From contig NC_087436.1 in assembly GCF_036321535.1 (NCBI RefSeq), positions 77,874,001 to 77,938,000 on the forward strand: a stretch of 64,000 nt of DNA, in the 5' to 3' direction. The notes below the pieces were generated by a model. That model saw only the letters and a list, made by a program, of their open reading frames with translations, was not told the origin of the DNA and did no database searches. Each line of letters starts with the position of its first letter. Position 1 is the first letter of the stretch. Of the stretch, positions 48,733-60,163 are shown one piece after another. The stretch is from Camelus dromedarius (taxonomy: Eukaryota). The position numbers were made by a program, and so were the translations under genes.

Positions 48733-50202
48733 CTAGAAAAAAACAGAAGATACTGGTTTGTTTTGGGCCAATAAACATTTAGTCTCTCATCAAAAAATAC
48801 AAGAAGTCAATGAACAACGTTAACTCTGGATCATATAAATAGGCTACAATTAACTAAAATACGGACAGGGCTTTGTCTACCTCCCATGACAACAGTTTTC
48901 TTCCCTACATAATTGTGCTTCACATGCAAATGCTGTCAATAACCAAAACACAGCAAAGGCAGGTGGCACTGGGAGGAGGATGGCTTCATTGTGTTGCTGG
49001 TTTTCCCAATTTTTCTCAGTGCAATAGCATACAATAACATCCGAAAGGTCTAGCCACCATCAAAGGACAAAAAACTAAAAGAACTCTTGCTTTTCATATT
49101 TAGCAAATCCTCAGAGCAAAATATTAACAGAATACCTGTCACTGCAGGTGCCAAGATTTTAAGATGCGGGACCCACATCTCCAGAATCTGCACTGTTTTT
49201 TATCACTTGGACACCTACATTTTGATGAACTTTTTTTAGATGAACATTTTATTTCATCTGCTCAAGATAATGTGAGAGCTCAGGCTTTTTGGTAACAGTT
49301 GCTACAAACTTCCTATTGAGTAAATCTGGGCTTCGTGCAACAGAACAAGTAAGCACCTGCTCTTGTGGGAAACCACGGAAGCAGTTGCTTACACAATATG
49401 CTGTGAGATGGGCCCACATGAAGGAGGAATGTAAATGTGTAAATTAAAATTAATGGTCGTTTAAAAGACAATGAGCCTTCTTTAGTAAGATTTTCCTGCC
49501 TCACATCTTTGGTTGGATATGCTGGCATTTAATTAATTAACCTAAAATAACCCCTCAGAAAGCACCCTAAATCCTACTAAGCCCAGAAAGAACAAAGAGT
49601 TTGGAGCCACCACTTTCTCTCAAATGCCAACGTGCTCTTGAAGATTCTAAATTTGCCACAATGCAAATAATGCTCCAAACACGAATTATGGGCTATGTCG
49701 TTTACCAAGGGCAGGTCTTTGAAGTTTCCCTAAGCTCATGACTCTAGTGGTACATCTATGCTAAGTGAAGGGAGGTCTGGAAAACGTACATTTGGGCACA
49801 TACACAAAAACATTAAGTGCCAATTTTCACTTCTAGAAGGAAATTCAGATTTTCCTCTAAAGTCACTTAAAAAAAAAGATAGGCTTTGATTATTTTTTGT
49901 TTCACAGATCCCTGAAAATAGCCAAAGTGAATCTTCAATTTTGACAGCCCCTTTGAATATACTTGCAATCAGCTGCTATCATATGGATGTTTCTGAACTG
50001 AATTAGTAAAGGCCCCTCATTACCTTCTCCTTCAAATATTACTGGCTATTTCTCTGTAATTTTAGAATCAGACAGTCATAGTAACCATGATAAAAGCACA
50101 CCTGAACCTCGCTTCTTTGAAAGACCACTTGTGACTGGGAAGCGCTGGGCTTTGGCTCTGCTGGACCTCAGTTTGGCTCCACAACTGACCGGCAGGATAA
50201 GC

Positions 50203-50548
50203 CAGGAGCCTGCCAACCAACTGTGGCCTGAGGGCCAGCTCACCTCGACGCCTGTTTTAGAATAATGGCCTAGAAACCATACATCTTACATCTTTAAATA
50301 GCTGGGAAAATATTAAAATACCAAAACAGTAATATTTCATGAGCATAACATCATATGAAGTTAAAATTCCAGTGTCCAGACAGCTTTACTGGAAAAAAGC
50401 TGCACTCATTCACTCCGCTACACACCGGCCATGCCTGTCTTTGTACCGCTACATCAGAAGCGAGTAGTTGCAACGGAAACCGTATGGTTTACAAAGCCTG
50501 CAACATTGATGACCTGGCCGTTAAAAGAAAAAGTGTGCCAACTCCTGG
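50203..50548. mobile_element. hAT-Charlie MITE (MER58B/MER33-like) inserted in a MIR
   Basis: Ends caggagcctgccaac ... gtgtgccaactcctg, with MIR-like sequence on both sides. Confidence 0.6.
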
Positions 50549-50974
50549 TAGAAGGCTAACCTACTAAGAAAGCCTCACTTAAAAATGGGAATAGTAATAA
50601 CTACCTCATTGAGCTGTGGTGAAGATTACATCAAATAATACAGTTTTGACCTCAAATAAGCATTCCCCAGAAACCAGTGGGCCCCATACAAGGGGACAAA
50701 TATTACTGATGCATCGTCATAAGGAAAACGAGGGCTGAATTATAATCAAGATGCAGTCTCTGCACGGTGTAAGGGTTTTTAAGTAAGAATGTCATTTCTG
50801 TGCTCTGTTCTGCCGTGCTGGGCTGTGAGATTCACATGGTGGGTGCTGTTCCTCACTGTCTCTCATTGATACTCAAACCCTTCCTAAGTTCATGTCCTGT
50901 ACCTCCACCTGGGCGGCAGAGGCTACATCTTATGTGATTTTTTGCATTCCTGGTGCCTGCAATACAATCTACTA

Positions 50975-51495
50975 TTTTTAAAATAAAATTTACTTAAACT
51001 AAAACACAAAACAAAACAGGTCACCCATTTTCCCCATCCTCCACCCCCTGCCTGTTCTCTGTATCTATAAACTTGCTTTAAAAAAAAATATATATATATA
51101 TATATACATATACACACATTTAGATTCCACATATAAGAGAGATCATACAGTGTTTGTCTTTCTCTGTCTGATTTATTTCACTTAGCATAGTGACTTTGAG
51201 ATCTACCCATGTTGTCACAAATGGCAAGATATTGTTCTTGTTCTGGTTGAAAAATATTCCATTATGTGTGTGTGCATATATACACACACACACACACACA
51301 CATACACACACACCACAATTTCTTCATACATTCGTCCATCAATAGACACTCATGTTGTTTCTATATCTTGGCTTTGTAAATAATTTTTATTTACAAATAA
51401 TGTTCTGCAGTGAACATGGGGGGGCATGTATATTTTCTAATTATGTAGTGTTCTTGTTTTCCTCAGATAAATACCCAGAAATGGAACTCCTGGAC
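50975..51495 (-). mobile_element. Older L1 3' end in intron 10
   Basis: ORFs 50923..51311 give the L1-type ILPFVTTWVDL...MLSEINQTEKDK. Internal (TA)n and (CA)n repeats. Confidence 0.85.
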
Positions 51496-51571
51496 TGATT
51501 CACTATTAATTGTCTGAATCACTCTTCCAAGAACAGAAATAGAAATAATCTCCCTTAAGATAATCCTGATC

Positions 51572-51666
51572 TGGAGGGAGGGCATAGCTCAGTGGTAGAG
51601 GGTGTGCTTAACATGCACGAGGTCCTGGATTCACTCCCCAGTACCAGCATTAAATTAAAAAAAGAA
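51572..51666 (+). mobile_element. tRNA-derived SINE (vic-1-like) in intron 10
   Basis: A and B boxes and an A tail. 15-bp TSD aagat(a/g)atcctgatc at 51557-51571 and 51667-51681, at a TT/AAGA L1-endonuclease site. Confidence 0.9.
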
Positions 51667-53127
51667 AAGATGATCCTGATCGCTTCCTTATGCCCACATG
51701 CCAGACAAAAGTCTCATGGGCTTCAACTTCCCATTTACTCTGAAGCCCCTACACACATCTGCCATAGTAAAAATCAGGAGACTGTAAGGACTTTGGATTC
51801 CCATGAGGTAAGGTAAATGTTTAGGCTACTAACAGGAGCAAAAGTTTGGTTTCTAAGAGGTCTTTCAATGTAGTCTTTAGTGACAGAACTTGTCAAGGAG
51901 CAATGTTTCTCTTTCACAATATTCTTAATTCAGAAACTTGGCAACTCTACCTTAAAGGCACTCTCAGTTCCACACCTAGAAATGAATGTTGATGAGCAGG
52001 GACAAGTTCCCACGATCACAAATCAAATGATAAAAAGGATTTAAAACCATGAGTACTCATATCAAAAACAGCTATGTAAAGGTTATTTAATGGCCCCTAT
52101 GTGAAAGACAGGTGTGATTTGTTCTATGATATGGTACCCAGAGATGTGCCATTTTGGCTACAGAAATATAATTCAAAGACTATTAAAGATTCTATTTCTC
52201 CAGTCATGTTGCCAGGAAGATTTTAAAACAGGAAATTACTTAGGAATAGAGTTTATCCTCACTTCAAAAAAGAAAAAAAGAATCCCAATTCTCTTGAATG
52301 AAAGATAGAGCTTATTCCAAAACATTCTCATTCATAGCCTTTGAGACCAACTGTGAAAAAGAAATGGTATATTTTTCTTTTAAACTGGTGGTCATATCAT
52401 TTGTTTTATGAACTAGAGAATACAATCCAAATGCTCACACAGAACAACAACAAAATGAAAGCAGACAGAATCTATTAAATGATGGAAAAGATAAGTACTT
52501 TTTTTTGTGGAAAAAGCTGTCAGAGTCCCACAAGTACAACATCCAGTGAGATCTTTTGGGGGAGGGCTGGATTTCAGAATTACTTTGGCCAGTGCTGCGG
52601 CTCCTGACGAAGAGAGATGTTCTGGAGCCTCCCTGCTAAGGCAGAGCCCACCTCACTCACTCACCGGGGTCCTGCAGGGAGAGGCCGGCAGCCCACCCGG
52701 AGAGTGGAGGGCAGGGTGCGGACCGCCTCCGACGGATCGCCACACTTCAGGGTGCTGGGGCCCTCCCATGCACACCCTCATTTTCCAAAGCTTAAAAAAC
52801 TCCTGATTAGACTTTTCTCAATCTAGTCACAGGAGGACTGGGATGCAGGCAAGTACAATTTAAAAGCTGGTAAACTCCCTCAAGCTAAGTCGAGGTAGTT
52901 ACCTCTGCTGCGTCCCATTTCCGACCTTGTTTCTTTATTTAAAAGAAAAATTAATGTATTTACAGTAGCTCTCCAACATGATCATAACTGATAGCTTGGA
53001 TTTTCTTGAGAAGCAATTTACTATGTTTAAAAAGTGGGGTTTCTTAAATTTAGGGCTTTTTTTTCTTTTTTAAAAAATTATTATCATTATTATTTTTGCC
53101 AAGTGGATTTCCAGTTGTGCCACCTAG

Positions 53128-53310
53128 TTTTCTTTTTTTTGTATTTTATTTTAATTAATTTATCTATCTTTTAGGGTTTTTTTTCGGGGGGGGGGTAATT
53201 AGGTTTGTTTGTTCATTTATTTATTTTTAGAGGCAGTACTGGCGATGAACCCAGGACTGTGAGCATGCTAACTAAGCATGTGCTCTGCCACTTGAGCTAT
53301 ACCCTCTCCC
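53128..53310 (-). mobile_element. tRNA-derived SINE (vic-1-like, long-tailed variant) in intron 10
   Basis: gaacccaggactgtgagcatgcta...tgctctgccacttgagctataccctctccc, with a gggggtaattaggttt tail segment. Confidence 0.82.
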
Positions 53311-54191
53311 ACTGTTTTTCTTTTAAATCATAAGAGGCTGAAGCTCCTGAGGGAAAGTGAGTGAGACATCCTGCATTTTTTTACCCTCATTTTCTTTTAT
53401 TTGTTGAAGATAAAATTAAAATTAAAAGATGAATAGAATCTAAGCAGAGAATAACTTTCATCAGCCCACTTACTGTAACCAGGTATTTACTTCTCAAATA
53501 ACATGCTCTCCAAATGTTAAGGTGACTTATCCTTCCCATGTATGGAAATGTGACCCTGAAATGTGCCAGGAGAGGCTCCTCCAAGTCAGGAGGATGGGAG
53601 ATCCGGGACAGCGGACAGCGTTAAATTGTTTAAGGGCAGGGCAGGCAGAGTAAGGATCATTCATTTCTCAGACATTATCCCTGTGCCTTTTCTGCCTCCC
53701 ACATAGCCAATTAGCAACAGCAGGCCTAATGCCGCAGCAAGTAACCTACTTTCTGAAAATAAATGACTTAACCTTGGGAGGTAAGCTGATTCTTTTAAGA
53801 GAAAAGGTTACATTAAGTCAGCTACCTTGTGCAGAGCTCAAATGTCTGTTTTCCGTTAAATCAAATTACTCTCTGATGCTATTAGTCATCTTAACGTATG
53901 ACTTAATTCACTGCTTGAAACACAGCTATGACACATTACAAAACAATCATTTAAACAATGCAATAATAACATTTGCAAAGCTCTCCACCAAGTTCCCTTT
54001 CCCTTTCCTCAGTCTACCTTTCCTTCAGTGCTCTCCCTTCCCTCTGTGGCAAGTGATAAAAATGTCTACAGTAGGCCAACTTTCTTTCTTAGACCTAAAC
54101 AGGTAAAAGCATCTCAGAGAAGCAGTTCAAGTTGCAATTCAGTGCAGCACACGGTAACTCCACCATGAACAAAACCCCTTTAAACACATAC

Positions 54192-54287
54192 CTTCTCTCT
54201 GCTGCTGTGAGCAGTTAAAGACCTTTGTGCCGCCCCACGAAGAGCTGTTCGGTAATTGTAAAAATTGCTGGAAGGGTCCATCTGATG
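54192..54287 (-). CDS. RASGEF1B: RASGEF1B exon 10: HQMDPSSNFYNYRTALRGAAQRSLTAHSSREK
   Basis: 96 nt, phase 0/0. Acceptor gtccacag|CAT, donor AAG|gtatgt. Confidence 0.97.
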
Positions 54288-54954
54288 CTGTGGACAAAGG
54301 AGAGGGCAATATTAACCAGACACTTCTCATCTGCAGCAAAAATTCAAACTAAGTTGGAGAACTCATTAGGAACAGGATTTACTCCCCCTACACACACATA
54401 GGCATGAAACACATTAGAACACAAATGTTTTCTTTCATGAGGTTTGGTTTATTTATATAAGCTGATGTCAGCTTTGATAATGTTAAATCTAGGCCAAATT
54501 CTTTCCAGGTTAACTGTTGAGATTAGACTTAAAATGGATAACAAAGAGTCAAAAACCAGCGTAAGAAACCATTTCCTGGTTTCATCTGAAGGTTAATGAG
54601 TCAGTTGAAGGTTAGTCACTGTATGGTGATCCAACACTTTGTAGTGGACTTGTTCTCTGCATTTGGTAACAAATCATTCACCAATAATTAAAGCATACTA
54701 TCTTCCAAAAAGGAAAAGAAATGTATTAGAAAATATCAATAAAGCAGAATGTAATATATCCAATGACAATTCCCAATTTAGAGGAAAGCTTAGGAAAGAA
54801 CACTTTCTTAATTTTATCTCCAAAGATAGTAGATTCAAAGCACCAACACATAACATGAACGTCTTGACATGATATGTTCAAACACAAATGCCTTTATGCA
54901 CAATTTTTTTTTGAAGAATCTCCATTTCATATCCTTTGGTTCCATTTTATTTGT

Positions 54955-55102
54955 TTGTTTTTCTTTTTGCTTTATTGAAGTGCAGTTGGTTTACAATGTT
55001 GTGTTAATTTCTGGTGTACAGCATAATGACTCAGGAATACATGTATATACCCCTTTTCCTATTATTTTTCATTATAGGTTATTATAAGATATTCAGTATA
55101 GT
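54955..55102 (-). mobile_element. 5'-truncated L1 3' UTR in intron 9
   Basis: tttattgaagtgcagttggtttacaatgttgtgttaatttctggtgtacagcata. Confidence 0.85.
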
Positions 55103-55547
55103 TCTTCGCTTTTTGCACAATTCTTATTCCCTCATAATTATATGCACAGGGCTTTTTCACAGGTTAGCTAAATTTGTTGAAAGGATGGTGAGTGAATATT
55201 TCTATAGGGATGAGGAGCTCCTCCCAGGGAATAATGTAAACAAATGAAGCTAGCAGGCCCCAATTCAGGACCCAAATTCCATCCTGGCATGTGATGTCAT
55301 GTGGTTGACAGGTGACCATTTCTTTAGTCAATTCACCCCAAAGTGGACACCTCTCTATGAAAGTGCGAGTTGACCACCTGACTCATTCTCCCTTCCTCCA
55401 ATTCTGCCTCCTTCCTTTCCCTGGGTCTGTAAGGAGAGATGGGCCTTCTTCTCTGTGGCACCATCTGATCAAGGGACAAGACCACATAAGAATTCCACCT
55501 TCCAGGTGCAAAATGTTACTCGACAGCAGAACACCAGCTTCACATAC

Positions 55548-55627
55548 CTCGAGGACGTCAAACTTGGCCGTCTTCACTTTGGCCCAAGTTTTTTTCAGTC
55601 GAGAGACTGGGCTCATGTTCATGCCAG
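55548..55627 (-). CDS. RASGEF1B: RASGEF1B exon 9: (S)GMNMSPVSRLKKTWAKVKTAKFDVLE
   Basis: 80 nt, phase 1/0. Acceptor actggaag|CT, donor GAG|gtatgt. Carries the PVSRLKKTW motif, also visible in ORF 55383..55769. Confidence 0.96.
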
Positions 55628-55744
55628 CTTCCAGTTGGAAACGGAGGAGAACAAGCAAGTGGAAAGAGAGAAATAAGAGAGGCCATTCTAACGGACATTC
55701 TGAAAAAGTATTCATTACTGAGTATAAGGAAATTAACTTTATAA

Positions 55745-56135
55745 AAAAAACAGCTGAACAATTTTCCAAAGTAGCAGTCCCATTTTATACCCGCACCCAG
55801 GTCTCAGAGTTCCACTTGGCCTACTTCCTCACCCATGTTTGGCTCCATCAGTCTTCCTAATTTCAGTCACTCCAGGGTGAAATGGTATTTCACTGTGATC
55901 TTAATTTTGATTTGTATTTCTCTGATGTGGTGCATCTTTTCATCTACTTACTATCCATAGGAAATCTTCTTTTGTGAAGTGTCTGAGTATCTTGCCCTTT
56001 TTTTCATTGAGTTATTTGTCTATTTATTACTGCTCTGTAGGGGCCTTTATAGATTCTGAGCACGTTCTTTTTCAGCTAGATGTACTACTAGTACTCTCTC
56101 CTGTGATATGGCTTGTCTTGACATTTTCTTAACAG
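55745..56135 (-). mobile_element. Ancient L1 ORF2 3' fragment in intron 8
   Basis: ttttccaaagtag...ccattttatac ... gtgaaatggtatttcactgtg ... tcttcttttgtgaagtgtctg are typical antisense L1M motifs. Confidence 0.7.
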
Positions 56136-57097
56136 TATAAGAGAGAAATCAAGTAATCTTCTATTACCTAGACTGTGGACCTACCTCTCCAGGTCCCTAG
56201 TTTATATGACCTTTCTGTTCACTATTTTCATGCAGTAAGCCAGAAGAGCTGAAGCTTGGCCAGTATTTTTATGGGAGAGACCAAGGGGAAATAACAGTTT
56301 TAAAAAACGGAAAAAAGAATTGGTGACAGAGGGGAATTTATAAGGATCAAAATAATTGAATTAAATTTGGTGGATTCTCTGGCTTCAAACTGGCCCTGAC
56401 TCTCAAGAATCAGGTAAATCTTCCAGTATTTACTGGGTACCTATAATGTGTAGGATAGCTGTATATCATTTGTCATATAAATTAGGATATTTTTAAATGA
56501 ACAAGTCATTATCAGTAATTGTGGCAAGACAACAGGTTTAAATAGGGAAAACCAAGGTGCAATGTCATCCCATGCCCTATGTTTATAGAATGAACGGTCA
56601 CTGGCATTAAAATCCCCATGGTCTAGAGAGGAGCAAAGTTTACATACTAGGGTAAAAAGGTCTGTGGAGGGTAACTGCTAGGAACATGGGTAGTCAGAAA
56701 ATGTTCCAGTTTCTACGGCCGCCCTCTTGTCTTGCTGATGGAATCATTTAATTTAGTCTCAGATCAGATGCTTCTATAATGCTTAATTACACAAGCTGCC
56801 CAAACACTTTCTGAAACCCACCATTTAGACAAATATCTCACTTGAAACTTTTACAGATAAACATTCAGATGAGGGTAAACTGACTAAATGTATCCCATGA
56901 ATTCTCATACACTGAGAAAAGATTATACGTCCTTGTACCAATTTGGATAGTTAAAGCATTCTGAACGTTCTGAAACAATTCTGGATTGAAGAGTACAGTT
57001 TTCATTAACAAAACCACACTATTGGCAAATTTTCAATGGATACATTTCATAAGACCTATAAAAATAAAGAACTCAGATCTTTCGGAAAAACACTCAC

Positions 57098-57200
57098 AGA
57101 TTATTGCCATCAAGGAATTAAAGTTGCCGATGTTAAAACACTCCCGAGCCACGTCAATGAAATACTCAATCATCCTTGCTCGGTGCTTCTTCTTAACAGG
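57098..57200 (-). CDS. RASGEF1B: RASGEF1B exon 8: PVKKKHRARMIEYFIDVARECFNIGNFNSLMAII(S)
   Basis: 103 nt, phase 0/1. Acceptor ctatgcag|CCT, donor T|gtgagt. Carries the NFNSLMAI RasGEF signature; the preceding intron is 120 nt. Confidence 0.97.
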
Positions 57201-57320
57201 CTGCATAGAAAAAGAAAAAAAGAGGTCAGCGATCTAACATGTAGGCCCAACAGATATAGAATAAGCATGAAAAAAATAATACAGAGAGAGCTAGAAGAGG
57301 AAAAATATTCATTTTCTCAC

Positions 57321-57416
57321 CATGCAAATTTCTGTAGCAACCAAGTAGCTGAGGCGATTAAACCATTCCACGTAAGCCTCTAAGTTACGTGTTTTCTTCC
57401 GTTCACTGTAGCAACT
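57321..57416 (-). CDS. RASGEF1B: RASGEF1B exon 7: SCYSERKKTRNLEAYVEWFNRLSYLVATEICM
   Basis: 96 nt, phase 0/0. Acceptor tctctacag|AGT, donor ATG|gtgaga. Carries the WFNRLSYLVATEI CDC25 motif. Confidence 0.97.
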
Positions 57417-58706
57417 CTGTAGAGAAAGTACAGTGAGCAGATGAGTTGGAGGGAAAAAAGAGTGTATCAGGCTCTCAATTCTGACAGATATGGGCCGTTA
57501 TTCTCAGTTTACCGATCAGGAAGGCTTTTTAGGATGAGAAGAGGGTAGGTGGGGAGAGAGAGAGAACCACTAACATTCTTGACTCTCCTTACAGAAATAT
57601 GCAAACCTCTCAGTATAGCCCAGTGAAACCCCTGGGTCTAGAAACAGATTCTGCTGCATCCATGACAATGCTCTTCTGTCCCAGGAAACGAAGTTACTCT
57701 GGGTGGGAACTGTCCTCAGAAGCACAATTCAAAAAAAAAACAAAACAAAACAAAACAAAAAAAAACTAAGGGTGGGGGGTGTTTGGGCTGCATTCTAAAA
57801 CAAGCCTGCCCAATTAATGGGACGTAAGTACCAACTGCTACCAGCACAATTGCAAGTAAAAACTCAGAGTGCAGAGGACTGACTAGGAAATTTTCTCTTA
57901 AAATTAAGTCTAGGACAAAATTTTAGAACATTGTGTAGCAAGAAACGAAATCTCTTCCAAGGTAGATAAATGGAAGCCTACACCATCCTGGTCTTTAGTG
58001 GGGTGAGTGACACAATGTTCAAAAGCAAAAAGTAATGAAGCTCATCGCCGAGTTCAAGGCCAAGCTTGAACAGGTTAATTACAGCCCTCTTGCCTTCCTT
58101 CCAAAAGAAACAAACAAAAAAGTCCACTAGCCTTCTATTGCAAAACCTAATCTTTGCTTCCTGTGCTGAGGGAACCTATTCTAAGGCCGGAAAACAGCTG
58201 TTGCTCCTACTCCCAAAGGGGAGCTTTCATTAATGGGTGATGCAGTCTCTGCCTAAAAATTCGAAATGCTTCTGGAGATCACTGGGGGAAAAACTTCTTA
58301 TGTGCGTACACTGATTTCACAGTCCATTCCTAGAGTTAGTTCCTCTACATACGGGCTTCACTCAGGCAACGACCTGCCATGAGGCGTTCACGTCAGGACG
58401 GGAGGCAAAGCAGGAAAGACCCTTCCTTGGCCGGGTGTGCGTCCGGTCTTCACTGCCCTGCTGCGGCTGACTCACGAGCAGAGCATCCTCTCGTATTTAT
58501 TCCTGACTTAATCTGCTAAAACCATTATGCTTTTATCTCCTACCTTCATCACCACAAATGCCTGCATCTACTTGCTTATTAAATTTCCCAATAAGGAGGT
58601 AGAAGAGGCTAAGAGTGGGTGATAGGGTAAGAATACTTTCAAGGCACTTGGAGATCAGACTCAGAAAAGGCAATGAATCAGACATGGCTAATGAAAAAAA
58701 AACTTT

Positions 58707-58833
58707 GTTTTTGCTTTTTTGCTGGGGAGGGGGGTAGTTAGATTGACTGATTAATCTGAGGTTCTGGGGATTGAACCTAGGACCTCGTGCAACCTGAGCA
58801 TGGGTTCTATCACTGAGCACTCCCCCAGCCCTC
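58707..58833 (-). mobile_element. tRNA-derived SINE (vic-1-like) in intron 6
   Basis: ctggggattgaacctaggacctcgtgca...ctatcactgagc; flanking repeat aaaaaaacttt on both sides. Confidence 0.8.
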
Positions 58834-58945
58834 AAAAAAACTTTCTGATTTTAAAAACTGAAACAAAATTGTCCCAATTTCTGCCTATTATACCACAACC
58901 ATAGACTAAAGAATTCCATTTCCAACTTCAGCCCTGACCAATTAC

Positions 58946-59020
58946 CTTGTCATTGTCCAAAGGGTCCTTCTGCACAAATGCCTGAACAAATTCTTCTGGG
59001 CCAATATAATTGAGCCTCTC
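58946..59020 (-). CDS. RASGEF1B: RASGEF1B exon 6: ERLNYIGPEEFVQAFVQKDPLDNDK
   Basis: 75 nt, phase 0/0. Acceptor tgtttcag|GAG, donor AAG|gtaatt. Translated by hand. Confidence 0.97.
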
Positions 59021-59114
59021 CTGAAACACAAACACAGCAGGTCAACAATATTAAAGACAACGAGAAGAAATGGGCTTTCCTTTCTGTCTATTGACCTTTG
59101 ACACTACCTTCATT

Positions 59115-59215
59115 ATTTTTTGTTTTGTTTTGTTTTGTTTTACTGGAAGTACTGGGGATTGAACCCATGCATGCTAAGCATGTACTCTACTACTGAGCTA
59201 TACCACCCCCCCCAA
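59115..59215 (-). mobile_element. tRNA-derived SINE (vic-1-like) in intron 5
   Basis: gtactggggattgaaccc..tgcatgctaagcatgtactctactactgagctatacc. TSD actacc(t/c)tcatt at 59103-59114 and 59216-59227. Confidence 0.85.
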
Positions 59216-59623
59216 ACTACCCTCATTTTTTTTATGCAGCTTGTAAAATGAGCCTTTAATCCTCAATATTGTCATCATCTTCAAGGTCTGAGCAGGGGCA
59301 GTTTTCTGCTTGAGTCAATGTCACACTAGAGAGTAAAAGGCTGAGTGAGTTGTGGAAAAATTAATTAGAGGGGGAAGATGAGGAAGGTCAAGAAATGCTG
59401 CTCCTCAGACTTGCTTAGTATGTATTTTAAAGTGAATTCCCAGAATATCAGAAAAACTCATATTCAAATGTCTATAAACAAAACATTCCAGCTATTTGAA
59501 ATAGATTATTTCCCATCTGGGTTATTCTAACCTCTCCCCTGACATGACTGCTGACGAACACATGTCTGGTTGCCAAAGCAAACCGAGCCTGGGTTATAAA
59601 GGACAAGGATGACAAGGCCTCAC

Positions 59624-59836
59624 CAGCTCTATGTGAGTCAGCTGCTGGGCCAGCGTGTAAGGGTCACTGCAGACCGTAATGATGTCCCTCTGTATAGACT
59701 GGGGCTTGGTCTTGAGAACGGTGAGCCGATCTGTCGACGTGGAGCTGATCTTCGCCAGGACCTCCTCGTACTGGCTGAGCGCAGCGAGCTTGCGGATTAG
59801 ACACTGGAGCATCTGCTGGACGTTCTTCCTATATGT
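59624..59836 (-). CDS. RASGEF1B: RASGEF1B coding exon (exon 5 by human numbering): TYRKNVQQMLQCLIRKLAALSQYEEVLAKISSTSTDRLTVLKTKPQSIQRDIITVCSDPYTLAQQLTHIEL
   Basis: 213 nt, 71 codons. Acceptor ctccctggcag|ACA, donor CTG|gtgagg. Peptide recognised as RasGEF domain family member 1B; LAQQLTHIE starts the CDC25 domain. Confidence 0.97.
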
Positions 59837-60163
59837 CTGCCAGGGAGTAGAAAAGGATTACCTCCTCGCTCTACTTGAATGTTCTCACCACTGTGCGAGC
59901 TCAGGCCCTGGACTTAAATGATTTTACCTTGATGGTGGAGAACCACCAGGTAAAATGAGGGAGTTACAGGATTCAGCTTACCTCTAAGTGAGCTAACGGT
60001 TTAAAAGAGACACATACACATACGGTGTCTTTTCAGATCTCTAAGAACAAAATGTTCTTTTCTCGAGCTGCTCTTGAGAGTACAATAAAAGTTGCGTCAT
60101 GAAAACACTACCACGACATTTTAGATGAGCAACTGAGGAAATCCACTATAATAACCACATATA

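Noticed and set aside
55312..55860. Longest ORF in the track (182 aa, + strand), antisense to exon 9
   Set aside because: No recognisable protein similarity, non-ATG start, and it runs into an ancient L1 fragment; chance open frame.
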